DNA from: Gammaproteobacteria bacterium
Lineage (GTDB): Bacteria; Pseudomonadota; Gammaproteobacteria; UBA4575
Assembly: GCA_965243395.1 (NCBI GenBank)
Contig: CBDEUS010000002.1
Span: 192,001-256,000 of the forward strand
Length of the DNA: 64,000 nucleotides
Direction: 5' to 3'
The stretch's first letter is position 1; each line of letters starts with the position of its first letter. Of this stretch, positions 40,591-50,292 are shown piece by piece. Position numbers and translations under genes: made by a program. A model generated the notes under the pieces. It was not told where the DNA came from. It did no database searches and was given only the letters and a program-made list of their open reading frames with translations.

Positions 40591-40620
40591 ATTTTAATTG
40601 TGCAAAGTTTGATTACTTGT

Positions 40621-40647
40621 TTTGACACACCCAACAGCTACTAGTTC
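40621..40647 (-). promoter_or_regulatory. Putative sigmaE promoter for dsbA
   Basis: Minus strand GAACTA-N16-TCAAA. Confidence 0.55.
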
Positions 40648-40693
40648 TAAAGCTTATTAGCTTTTTTTACCGCTTATCCTATAAACAAACTAT

Positions 40694-41335
40694 TTAATGT
40701 AAGCCAGAAATATATTCCGAAACCGCATCAATCTCGGTATCACTTAGATAAATTGCTATCTCTTTCATCATGTTCAGATTGTCGTCAGGCTGATAGCGAG
40801 CGCCACTTCGATATGCCCTTAATTGAGCCGCAGTATATACCGCGTGTTGCCCTGCAAGATGCGGGAATTTTGCCGGTCCGTTCCCCACACCGTCGGGGGC
40901 ATGGCAAGACATACAGGCAGGCACACCTGTTTCGGGGTTACCTCCGCGATAAATTCTTTCACCGATGACATATAATTTTTCACCCTGAAATTCTTTATCA
41001 GGATCTGCGCTGCCCCGGCCCGCTTCCAGGCCAGAATAATATGCTGCAATATCTTCAATATCTTGCTCAGATAAATTTTCTGCTTGCGGATTCATCAAAG
41101 TATTTACACGGATCTTTTCTTTGAACAAATTCAGTTGGTCAATCATGTATTTTTCACCTTGCCCTGCAAGGTTGGGCCATGCGGGATTAACACTCACCCC
41201 TTCAACACCATGACATGCCACACAAGGTGCAGATTTTTGTTTGCCGGCTTCTGAGTCACCTGCTGCACATACCACGGTTGCATGTAGTGAAACAAAATAA
41301 AACGCTAAGATAAGCAAACAATATATTCTCTTCAT
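40694..41335 (-). CDS. Di-heme cytochrome c4
   Basis: CVACH and CMSCH, and PNLAGQ; divergent from yihA. Confidence 0.93.
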   Translation of the reverse strand: MKRIYCLLILAFYFVSLHATVVCAAGDSEAGKQKSAPCVACHGVEGVSVNPAWPNLAGQGEKYMIDQLNLFKEKIRVNTLMNPQAENLSEQDIEDIAAYYSGLEAGRGSADPDKEFQGEKLYVIGERIYRGGNPETGVPACMSCHAPDGVGNGPAKFPHLAGQHAVYTAAQLRAYRSGARYQPDDNLNMMKEIAIYLSDTEIDAVSEYISGLH

Positions 41336-41545
41336 GTATAGAACCCTTAATGCAAATTTTCCAGGTTAATAGTCGGTATCAAACAGATCTTGTCTGTTTG
41401 AAGCGCGCCATGATATAGCAAAAGTACTAATAGCCGCAAAATAGTTAGTCATTATATAGTGGCCCTAATTGTTCAGCTCAATGGCGTTAAAATCTATCTT
41501 ACTTACTGAGTAGCTATTCAAAAAATCTTTATAAAGCAAGCCAAT

Positions 41546-42154
41546 ATGAGTTCTCAACTGTCAAAAGCACGCTTTTTGCAAAGTGCTTCAGCCAAGCAAG
41601 ATTTCCCTAATGATATCAAGGCTGAAATCGCTTTTTGCGGCCGCTCCAATGCAGGTAAATCCAGTGCAATTAACACCCTATGCCGACAAAAAAATCTTGC
41701 TCGCACCAGCAAAACACCTGGCCGTACCCAATTAATCAATTTTTTCAAACTAGATGGCGATACTTGCCTGGTAGATCTACCAGGCTACGGCTATGCCAAA
41801 GCACCCGCAAAAGTACAGCAAAAATGGCATCGGTTAATGGAAGACTACCTGACGATGCGAGAACCCCTATGTGGTTTAGTGCTGCTTATGGATATTCGCC
41901 ATCCATTGACGGAAATTGACTGGACGATGATTCACTGGACAAACCATTACCAACTACCGCTTTATATCCTGCTTACCAAAGCGGATAAAGTGAATCGAAA
42001 CCATACTACGAAGACCATGACTTTAGTCACTTCAAAATTAGAACAAGAAGGGTTCGATTGTGGGGTCCAAACCTTCTCAGCCACTAAGCAAATTGGACTC
42101 CATCAGGCACAAAACAAGATTGTAGACTGGTTAAATTCAGCTATGACAAGATAA
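41546..42154 (+). CDS. yihA: Ribosome biogenesis GTPase YihA/EngB
   Basis: GRSNAGKSS, DLPGYG and TKAD. Confidence 0.96.
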   Translation: MSSQLSKARFLQSASAKQDFPNDIKAEIAFCGRSNAGKSSAINTLCRQKNLARTSKTPGRTQLINFFKLDGDTCLVDLPGYGYAKAPAKVQQKWHRLMEDYLTMREPLCGLVLLMDIRHPLTEIDWTMIHWTNHYQLPLYILLTKADKVNRNHTTKTMTLVTSKLEQEGFDCGVQTFSATKQIGLHQAQNKIVDWLNSAMTR

Positions 42155-42264
42155 AAAAAGCGCCCCGGTTAGCAAAAACCGGGGCCAAGAATGACTCGGT
42201 TGGGGAGCCCGAGCCTTATTTTAGCCCGCTAAGGGAGGGAAGCGGGTGACGCGAAAAGCGTCAC
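42153..42264 (-). ncRNA. Putative sRNA at the polA-yihA locus (ErsA/sX13/Spot42-like)
   Basis: Four GC-rich hairpins in an AT-rich genome. Two have C-rich loops on the minus strand and the last is followed by a T run. A sigmaE promoter lies immediately upstream. Confidence 0.75.
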
Positions 42265-42267
42265 TAG

Positions 42268-42294
42268 TTAGAGGATATTGAGCAGTAAAAGTTC
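42268..42294 (-). promoter_or_regulatory. SigmaE (RpoE/AlgU) promoter for the sRNA
   Basis: Minus strand GAACTT-N16-TCTAA. Confidence 0.75.
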
Positions 42295-42348
42295 GCAAAA
42301 AACGCTTAAAATATAAACAGTTCTTTGTGTGCGTTAAAATAATGTCGT

Positions 42349-42744
42349 TTAAAAACGCTGCTTTACAGACACGCCATACGCACTCTCATCTTCATCCGGA
42401 AGAGTAAGACCACCTTGATTAGGCTTGCTACGTAAATCATCTAAGCCATCGCCTTGATAGATTTCGAATGAAAATAGGCGATACTCGGGTGTTATGGAGC
42501 CTGAAAAACTACTGCCTTGATTGTTATTTGGCAGTATTAAACGTTGATATAAATTAATAATCCTTTGTTGCTGTGCCATGTCAGGCGTCCAAGCAAAGGG
42601 ATGATCAAATGTATCTGAGTTATCTTCTAATGACGGAAACTCTAGATTTAAATTGGGTTCTAGTGCACTTGCTATTTGTGCGATTGAAGCCATGGAAATA
42701 AACGCGGCAAGTAGAATTGCTGCAGTAATGATATTCCTTATCAT
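42349..42744 (-). CDS. Hypothetical exported protein
   Basis: Signal peptide and AGGA RBS; C-terminus YGVSVKQRF. Confidence 0.7.
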   Translation of the reverse strand: MIRNIITAAILLAAFISMASIAQIASALEPNLNLEFPSLEDNSDTFDHPFAWTPDMAQQQRIINLYQRLILPNNNQGSSFSGSITPEYRLFSFEIYQGDGLDDLRSKPNQGGLTLPDEDESAYGVSVKQRF

Positions 42745-42963
42745 TATCTGTCCTATAACAAGAAAAAAGGTTATTCACTTTGAAAGGTGTTCCAACTCCA
42801 AGTGAATTAAAAAGATTATATTTCTATAAAACAATGCTGCTCATGCAGCAAGATAAGAGGCGAGTGTGAAATGATAAATGGATTATGCAAACTGCAGGTT
42901 GTAACTAAAAGGATTGTAACTAACTGATATTAAATATAGTGCTGGGAATCACTAGAAAAATAT

Positions 42964-45705
42964 TTAATGGGCTTCATCCCAATTCGCACCAACTGCAGCA
43001 TCCACTACGAGTGGAACTGATAGCTTGCCCGCGACTTCCATCTGTTCAACAACATTCTTTTTAATTGAATCTATTGAATCTTCTTTAACTTCAAACACTA
43101 GCTCATCATGTACTTGCATTATCATTTTGCATTCTGTTTGCTTATCTTGCAGGTATTCGTCAATTATGATCATCGCGCGTTTAATAATATCGGCGGCCGT
43201 GCCTTGCATAGGTGCATTGATCGCTGTGCGTTCAGCATATTGTCGTCGCTGAACATTTTTATTATTAATGTCAGGCAAATAGAGTCTTCTGCCAAATAAA
43301 GTTTCTACATAGCCCTGTTCACGTGCTTGTTCCCGAATGTTATCCATATATTTTTTCACTCCTGGATAACGTTCAAAGTACAGACTGACATATTGTTGTG
43401 CATCAGTACGTGTAATACCAAGTTGTTTAGCTAAACCAAATGCCGACATACCATAAATGAGCCCAAAATTAATTGCTTTAGCTGCACGTCTTTGTTCGGC
43501 TTCAACTTCATCTAAATTCAAACCAAACACTTCTGCAGCCGTAGCGCGGTGAATGTCTTCGCCTTGTGCAAATGCTTCACACAATCTTTCATCATTTGAA
43601 AGATGCGCCATAATGCGCAATTCAATTTGTGAATAGTCTGCAGCCAATATTTGATTTCCTTTTTCAGCTACAAATGCCTGGCGCACACGCCTACCCTCTT
43701 CTGTACGTATAGGAATATTTTGTAAATTAGGATCAGAAGATGACAACCGACCGGTAATGGCTACCGCTTGATGGTAAGAAGTATGCACCCGATTTGTTTT
43801 AGAATTTATCAGGCTGGGCAATTTATCTACGTAAGTAGATTTAAGTTTACTCAGCATACGGTGTTCAAGGAGTAGCTTTGGTAAAGGATAGTTTTCTGCA
43901 AGCTCTTGTAACACATCCTCAGCTGTCGATGGCTGTCCTTTAGGTGTTTTGCGTATAACTGGGATGCCTTGTTTTTCAAATAAAATTTCTTGAATTTGCT
44001 TGGGGGAACTCAAGTTAAATTTTTGACCTGCTAATTCAAAAGCTTCTTCCTCGACTTCAATAATGCGTTTACTAAGTTGTTTGCCTTGTTTGTCCAGTTG
44101 CTTAGCATCTAAAAACACTCCGTTTCGCTCAACGTTTGAAAGCACCTTCAACATCGGTAATTCGATGGTTTCGTAAAGCTTCTTTTGTTTCGTTTTTTGT
44201 TGTAATTCTCTCCAAAACTCCTGGTGTAAACGTAACACCATGTCAGCATCTTCAGCTGCATAGTCCAAAGCAACATCAAGGCCAACTCGATCAAACGTAA
44301 TTTGTTTTGCCCCCTTGCCGGCAACATCTTCAAAATGAATATTGGTATGGTCTAAATACTTTTCACACAAAGTATCCAGGTCATGTCGACTGGCTACAGA
44401 ATTACAAACATAAGACTCCAGCATGGTGTCATGTTGTATGCCGTTTAATTCAATCCCATGATTGAGTAAAACGCTGCGATCATATTTCAAATTGTGGCCA
44501 ATTATTTTTGCCTGCTTGTCATTTAATACGGGTTCTAATTGCTTGAGTACTTCGTCACGATCCAACTGCTTAGGGGCACCGGTATAATTATGTGCAAAAG
44601 GCACATAAGCCGCTTCTCCTGGTTTCACTGCAAACGATATGCCGACTACATTGGCTTGCATGTAATCCAAGCTGTCTGTCTCCGTATCAAAAGCGATCAA
44701 ATCTGCTGCATTTAGCTTTTTCAACCAAGCATTGAAGTCTTTCTTTGTCAGAACTAATTGGTATTTCTTTTTAACTGATTTCGTCGTTTCTTCTATTTTT
44801 TCTTCTACAACACTTTCGGATGATTCGATTGATTCATCTTCTTCGCCCATCGCTTTTAACCAAGTTTTAAACTCAAATTCTTTATAGAGTTTTCTTAACG
44901 TAGTGGTTTCTTCAGGCTTTACGGTTAAATCATCAATGCTTGTATCAATTTTCAAATCACAACGAATGGTAGTAAGTTCTTTTGATAAGGGGATTTGATC
45001 TAGATGTGCGCGAAATTTCTCGCCTACTTTGCCTTTTATGGCTTCGGCATTCTCAATCAGTGCATCAAGTGTTTCATATTCATTAAGCCATTTGGCGGCT
45101 GTCTTCGGTCCAACACTTGGCACACCTGGTATATTGTCTGATTTGTCCCCCGTTAGCGCGAGATACTCAATGATTTGGTGCGGTGCTACACCAAATTTTT
45201 CCACGACACCCTCGGCATCCATTTTTACATTAGTCATAGTGTTAACAAGAGTTACATGATCGTTTACAAGCTGCGCCATATCTTTATCACCGGTTGAAAC
45301 TAATACTTCATGTCCTTGTTTAACTGCCTGATCTGCCAAGGTACCAATCACGTCATCGGCTTCAACACCTGCCTCAGAAATAAGAGGGAGTCCTAGCGCG
45401 CGCACCATGTTATGCAATGGTTCAATTTGTACTTGCAAATCATCCGGCATGGGTGGTCGATTTGCTTTGTATTCTTTATATAAATCGTGGCGGAATGTTT
45501 TGCCTTTAGCATCAAAAACAACCCCTATGTACTCTGGTTCTACACTTTTCATTAATCGCTTCAACATATTTACCACTCCATAGATCGCTCCAGTTGGCAT
45601 TCCATTAGAAGTAGAAAGATGCTGTAAATTTGGTACATGAAAAGCTCGATACAAATAAGAAGAGCCATCGACTAAAACCAGAGGCGGTGCAGTTTTTTTA
45701 GGCAT
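42964..45705 (-). CDS. polA: DNA polymerase I
   Basis: 5'-3' exonuclease, FDTET proofreading motif, DYSQIELR, KAINFGLIYG and QVHDE. Confidence 0.98.
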   Translation of the reverse strand: MPKKTAPPLVLVDGSSYLYRAFHVPNLQHLSTSNGMPTGAIYGVVNMLKRLMKSVEPEYIGVVFDAKGKTFRHDLYKEYKANRPPMPDDLQVQIEPLHNMVRALGLPLISEAGVEADDVIGTLADQAVKQGHEVLVSTGDKDMAQLVNDHVTLVNTMTNVKMDAEGVVEKFGVAPHQIIEYLALTGDKSDNIPGVPSVGPKTAAKWLNEYETLDALIENAEAIKGKVGEKFRAHLDQIPLSKELTTIRCDLKIDTSIDDLTVKPEETTTLRKLYKEFEFKTWLKAMGEEDESIESSESVVEEKIEETTKSVKKKYQLVLTKKDFNAWLKKLNAADLIAFDTETDSLDYMQANVVGISFAVKPGEAAYVPFAHNYTGAPKQLDRDEVLKQLEPVLNDKQAKIIGHNLKYDRSVLLNHGIELNGIQHDTMLESYVCNSVASRHDLDTLCEKYLDHTNIHFEDVAGKGAKQITFDRVGLDVALDYAAEDADMVLRLHQEFWRELQQKTKQKKLYETIELPMLKVLSNVERNGVFLDAKQLDKQGKQLSKRIIEVEEEAFELAGQKFNLSSPKQIQEILFEKQGIPVIRKTPKGQPSTAEDVLQELAENYPLPKLLLEHRMLSKLKSTYVDKLPSLINSKTNRVHTSYHQAVAITGRLSSSDPNLQNIPIRTEEGRRVRQAFVAEKGNQILAADYSQIELRIMAHLSNDERLCEAFAQGEDIHRATAAEVFGLNLDEVEAEQRRAAKAINFGLIYGMSAFGLAKQLGITRTDAQQYVSLYFERYPGVKKYMDNIREQAREQGYVETLFGRRLYLPDINNKNVQRRQYAERTAINAPMQGTAADIIKRAMIIIDEYLQDKQTECKMIMQVHDELVFEVKEDSIDSIKKNVVEQMEVAGKLSVPLVVDAAVGANWDEAH

Positions 45706-45922
45706 GTATAGAAGTTATCGCTAGTGATCAATCAAGTTGAACGTTATCATGTCGCAAAAATTGAAGCATGAAAGTGACTAAATATATTCCACAACTTAAG
45801 TCTGGTCTATTAAGTGTTGTGATCCACGTGATTGTTTAAATCTTGAACGAATTGATTAGGTTCGTTAACCAATAAACTTTTTAGTTAAACCTCAGCAATA
45901 ATAATTAAAAATCCACTTCAAT

Positions 45923-46861
45923 ATGTCGGTCTATACTCACATCAAACAACCCGAACTCGAAGTTTTTCTTGAAAATTATTCTCTAGGTTCACTCATAAAC
46001 TATGAAGGCATCAACGCGGGAATTGAGAATACAAATTATTTTGTAACTACTGAAAATGGAGAATTTGTTCTAACTATTTTTGAAGAAATTGGCTTTGATA
46101 TTTTGCCCTACTATTTAAATTTGATGGCACATTTATCCGACCATGGTATGCCTACTGCACACCCTATCGCGGATCTAGATAATAATTACCTGCGTACATT
46201 GAAAGAGAAACCAGCAGCTATCGTGCGCCGCTTAGAAGGTAAAAATGAACTCCGACCTAGCCATTCACATTGCGCAGCAGTGGGTCATGCACTTGCACAA
46301 ATGCATACGGTTGGACAGTCCTTTGAAGGCGTGCTTGAAAACCCGCGAGGGATTGCGTGGACAGAAAAAACTGCCGAGCGTGTTTTTAGTCATCTTCCCA
46401 GCGATGACCAATTCATCCTTGAACAAGAGATCAAGTTTCGCAAGCAAAGCTTGCCAGATGATTTACCGAGAGGTGTTATTCATGCGGATTTATTTCGTGA
46501 CAATGTCATGTTTAAGGACCATGCCCTTACAGGCATTATCGATTTTTACTACGCCTGTAATGATGTACTTCTGTATGACTTAGCGGTCACAATAAATGAC
46601 TGGTGTAGCGTTGAGAGCGGTGAACTAAACATGGAGTGCTATCAGGCTTTAATAAATGCCTATCAAGCAGAACGCGAATTCCATCCAACTGAAACCGATG
46701 TTTGGCAATATATGTTACGCGCAGCGGCATTACGTTTCTGGTTATCTCGTTTGCAAGATAAAATTTTTCCTAAGGACGGTGAAATAACTCATATCAAAGA
46801 TCCCGATGTATTTAAAAATATTTTATTAGCTCGTATCGGTGATGTCCCCAACCTAGCGTAA
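45923..46861 (+). CDS. thrB: Homoserine kinase type II
   Basis: MSVYT, GIENTNY, IHADLFRDN, IDFYYAC and ALRFWLSR. Confidence 0.92.
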   Translation: MSVYTHIKQPELEVFLENYSLGSLINYEGINAGIENTNYFVTTENGEFVLTIFEEIGFDILPYYLNLMAHLSDHGMPTAHPIADLDNNYLRTLKEKPAAIVRRLEGKNELRPSHSHCAAVGHALAQMHTVGQSFEGVLENPRGIAWTEKTAERVFSHLPSDDQFILEQEIKFRKQSLPDDLPRGVIHADLFRDNVMFKDHALTGIIDFYYACNDVLLYDLAVTINDWCSVESGELNMECYQALINAYQAEREFHPTETDVWQYMLRAAALRFWLSRLQDKIFPKDGEITHIKDPDVFKNILLARIGDVPNLA

Positions 46862-46870
46862 CTTTCTAAG

Positions 46871-47371
46871 TTGATGGAAAACCTATGCAATAAAATTGAT
46901 GCACTAAATGAACGCATAGGTAAAGTCATTGCATGGTTTATCCTGGCAATGGTTTGTGTAACTTTTTTGGTGGTAGTAATGCGTTATGGCTTCAACTTTG
47001 GTCGCATTGCCATGCAAGAATCCATTACCTATATGCATGCCTTAGTATTTATGTTGGCGGGTGCATACACTCTCAAACACAACGAGCATGTTCGCGTTGA
47101 TATTTTTTACCAGGGCATGTCTTCACGCAATAAAGCTAAAGTCGATTTATTTGGAACTTTATTTTTATTACTACCTTTTGCAATTTTCATTGTTTGGGTA
47201 AGTTTTAATTATGTAAGCAATTCTTGGAAATTGCTTGAGGGATCGCGCGAAGCAGGTGGTCTGCCTTTAGTTTATCTTTTAAAAACTTTGATTCCATCAA
47301 TGGCTATTTTGCTATTTCTGCAAGCCATATCATTAGCCGGACGTGCTTGGTTACAGCTAAGCAAGCCATAA
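46871..47371 (+). CDS. TRAP transporter small permease (DctQ)
   Basis: HVRVDIFY and EGSREAGGL; four TM segments. Confidence 0.9.
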   Translation: MMENLCNKIDALNERIGKVIAWFILAMVCVTFLVVVMRYGFNFGRIAMQESITYMHALVFMLAGAYTLKHNEHVRVDIFYQGMSSRNKAKVDLFGTLFLLLPFAIFIVWVSFNYVSNSWKLLEGSREAGGLPLVYLLKTLIPSMAILLFLQAISLAGRAWLQLSKP

Positions 47372-47382
47372 CGAACTAGCAA

Positions 47383-48756
47383 ATGGAAATTATTGCTTTT
47401 ATATTATTTTTAGCCGTTATCTGTGTACTGCTCTTTGGATTTCCTGTGGCGTTCACGCTCGCAGGAGTTTCATTACTGTTTGCGTTCGCAGGTGTTCTCA
47501 CTGGCCATTTTGATTCTGCGTTATTGCACGCATTCCCAAGTCGTTTATTCGGCATCATGACAAATGAAACCTTAATTGCGGTGCCTTTATTTGTGTTTAT
47601 GGGTGTGATGCTAGAACGCTCAAACATTGCCGAAGAACTTCTGGATTCCATGGCTTCATTATTTGGCAGTTTGCGAGGAGGCTTGGGGATATCTGTTGTT
47701 TTAGTCGGCATGTTGTTAGCAGCGAGTACTGGGATCGTCGGAGCAACTGTTGTCACTCTCGGGCTACTTTCGTTGCCGACGATGTTGAATCGCGGTTATC
47801 GAAGCGATATTTCAACCGGTTTAATTTGTGCATCAGGCACATTAGGACAAATCATCCCACCTTCTATAATTTTAGTACTGCTGGGAGATATTCTTTCTTC
47901 GGCTTATCAACAAGCACAACTCAAGCTTGGGATATTTTCTCCTGAAACAGTTTCTGTAGGTGATCTGTTTTTAGGAGCCGTATTTCCTGGCTTATTACTG
48001 GTTGGCTTATATTTGTTGTACTTAATTTTTATTGCCTGCACTAAACCTGATGCAATGCCTGCCGTAGCTCAGCAGCATGATATTGATTTTGCAGCATGGT
48101 TAAAACGCATCACGCGAGCACTTTTACCTCCAATAATTTTAATTGTTGCGGTACTCGGTTCCATTTTTAAAGGTATAGCCACACCTACTGAGGCAGCATC
48201 CGTTGGTGCAGTGGGTGCAATTTTATTAGCACTATTCAACCATCGCTTAGACATGCAGTGTTTAAAAGATGTCATGCAACGTTCTGTACGTGTTACATGT
48301 ATGGTGTTTATGATCTTTATTGGCGCTTCAATATTCTCGTTAGTATTTCGTGGCTATGGTGGTGACACTGCTGTACATGAGTTACTTACGCAATTACCTG
48401 GGGGTGTAATTTCAGCAGTCTTCATTGTTATGCTGTTAATGTTCTTACTTGGATTTATTCTTGACTTTATTGAAATAACTTTTGTAGTTGTTCCTATAGT
48501 AGGCCCTGTGTTATTAACTTTAGGTGTAGACCCAGTATGGTTAGGAGTGATGATTGCCATTAATTTGCAAACATCATTTTTAACTCCACCTTTTGGTTTT
48601 GCTTTATTTTACTTACGCGGTGTGGCACCAAAAGAAATTCAAACTAAACAAATATATAAAGGCGTTGCACCTTTTATTGCTATACAAGTAGTAGCATTGA
48701 TGCTAATTGCATACTTTCCTGAACTAGCAACTTGGTTGCCTCAAAAAATTTACTAA
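47383..48756 (+). CDS. TRAP transporter large permease (DctM)
   Basis: GFPVAF, SGTLGQIIPPS, TPTEA and TPPFG. Confidence 0.93.
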   Translation: MEIIAFILFLAVICVLLFGFPVAFTLAGVSLLFAFAGVLTGHFDSALLHAFPSRLFGIMTNETLIAVPLFVFMGVMLERSNIAEELLDSMASLFGSLRGGLGISVVLVGMLLAASTGIVGATVVTLGLLSLPTMLNRGYRSDISTGLICASGTLGQIIPPSIILVLLGDILSSAYQQAQLKLGIFSPETVSVGDLFLGAVFPGLLLVGLYLLYLIFIACTKPDAMPAVAQQHDIDFAAWLKRITRALLPPIILIVAVLGSIFKGIATPTEAASVGAVGAILLALFNHRLDMQCLKDVMQRSVRVTCMVFMIFIGASIFSLVFRGYGGDTAVHELLTQLPGGVISAVFIVMLLMFLLGFILDFIEITFVVVPIVGPVLLTLGVDPVWLGVMIAINLQTSFLTPPFGFALFYLRGVAPKEIQTKQIYKGVAPFIAIQVVALMLIAYFPELATWLPQKIY

Positions 48757-48778
48757 TTTAAAAATTCGTCAGACATAA

Positions 48779-48816
48779 AAAAACGGTGCACAAGATATTA
48801 CTTATGCACCGTTTTT
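48779..48816. terminator. Bidirectional terminator
   Basis: AAAAACGGTGCA...TGCACCGTTTTT between convergent genes. Confidence 0.8.
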
Positions 48817-48833
48817 ATAAACTATGTATTAAT

Positions 48834-49073
48834 CTAACCGTAAGGCGAGAACGTTGGTACCAATTGAAAATATGCAAATACAATTAAAATTGCATAACCA
48901 ATTCCGAAAACAAGCATAATCGCTTTGTTGGTAGTAGTTACGTCTTTCCCTGTAGATCGCATGGGTATGGATGCAATCCACATCGCTATTAATAAGTTAA
49001 CCAAAAAAAATGCTTGTGTGGTGTATTCCTTGGCATCCCACATTGTTTGCCATTTGGTCATTAAATCTTCCAC
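48834..49073 (-). CDS. Small two-TM hypothetical protein
   Basis: Strong AGGAAAGGAG RBS, two hydrophobic helices, followed by a terminator. Confidence 0.7.
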   Translation of the reverse strand: MEDLMTKWQTMWDAKEYTTQAFFLVNLLIAMWIASIPMRSTGKDVTTTNKAIMLVFGIGYAILIVFAYFQLVPTFSPYG

Positions 49074-49144
49074 GGGCAGTACTCCTTTCCTGTATTTTTA
49101 TTATGGTTATTATGTGGTAATTAAAATCTATGGTGTGTTGTAGT

Positions 49145-50260
49145 CTATCCGGTGCGTAAGTTCAAGTAGGCACGTTCTGAAATATCTAGCCATGCACGTG
49201 ATTTATTGAAGAAATTGCTATAAGAATCATAGATCTTGCGAGCTAATGGATCAGAATAACCCAATTCTGCTGTCACTTCTTTGGACAGCGTAGCGAGCTT
49301 AGAAATTACATCGTCCGGTAATCTCCTTACATCAACATTATGTTCATTTATCAATGTATCCAATGCATCATTATTACGGGCGATATATTCCAGCGCCATA
49401 TCTTGATTTGCCACTCTACAGGCTGTCATCACAATTTCTTGCAGATCCTTCGGTAACGCGTTAAATGCTTCTTCATTAATGAAACACTCAAGCGTAGTGC
49501 CAGGTTCATGCCAACCAGGATAGTAGTAATACTTGGCGATTTTATGAAACCCGAATGCAAGATCATTGTAAGGACCTACCCACTCTGTGGCGTCAATATT
49601 TCCAGATTGGAGTGAAGTAAATAATTCTCCTCCGGGTATATTTCTTGGTGTACCACCAGCACGTTTTAACACCTCGCCACCAAGTCCAGGAATGCGCATT
49701 ACTAAACCTTTCAAATCTTCTATTGAATTTATTTCTTTATTAAACCAACCGGCCATTTGTACATTCGTGTTGCCAGCCGCTGCGGGTACTAAACCAAATT
49801 GTTTATAGGCTTCTTGCCAAAGCTCCATGCCGCCACCATGATACAGCCATGCGTTCATCTCTATAGCCGTCATACCAAAAGGTGTGGTTGAAAAAAATTG
49901 CAGCGCTGGATTCTTACCTTTCCAATAGTATGCAGAACCATGACCCATTTGTGCCGAACCATTTGATACAGCATCGAAAATTTCAAATGCAGGCACAAGT
50001 TCACCTGCCCCATAAACCGTTACATGAATACGTCCATTAGACATTTCATTAATCTGCTTAGCTAAAAACTCCGCACCCGTGCCTAACCCTGGAAAATTTT
50101 TTGGCCAAGTCGTAACCATTTTCCATTCCAAAGTTTTATTTGCTTGGGTATTCGTTAGTTGAGAATTTGAATCTGTTTTCTCATCGCCTTTACAACTAGC
50201 TAAGCCAGCACCTGTAAACGCACTAATACCTGCGTACTGTAAAAATTTTCTTCTTTGCAT
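49145..50260 (-). CDS. TRAP substrate-binding protein (DctP/TakP-like), Tat signal
   Basis: RRKFL, WKMVTTWP, MRIPGLG, EWVGP and PGWHEP. Confidence 0.92.
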   Translation of the reverse strand: MQRRKFLQYAGISAFTGAGLASCKGDEKTDSNSQLTNTQANKTLEWKMVTTWPKNFPGLGTGAEFLAKQINEMSNGRIHVTVYGAGELVPAFEIFDAVSNGSAQMGHGSAYYWKGKNPALQFFSTTPFGMTAIEMNAWLYHGGGMELWQEAYKQFGLVPAAAGNTNVQMAGWFNKEINSIEDLKGLVMRIPGLGGEVLKRAGGTPRNIPGGELFTSLQSGNIDATEWVGPYNDLAFGFHKIAKYYYYPGWHEPGTTLECFINEEAFNALPKDLQEIVMTACRVANQDMALEYIARNNDALDTLINEHNVDVRRLPDDVISKLATLSKEVTAELGYSDPLARKIYDSYSNFFNKSRAWLDISERAYLNLRTG

Positions 50261-50292
50261 AATGATTTCTCTGAATTAATTTTAAATATGCG

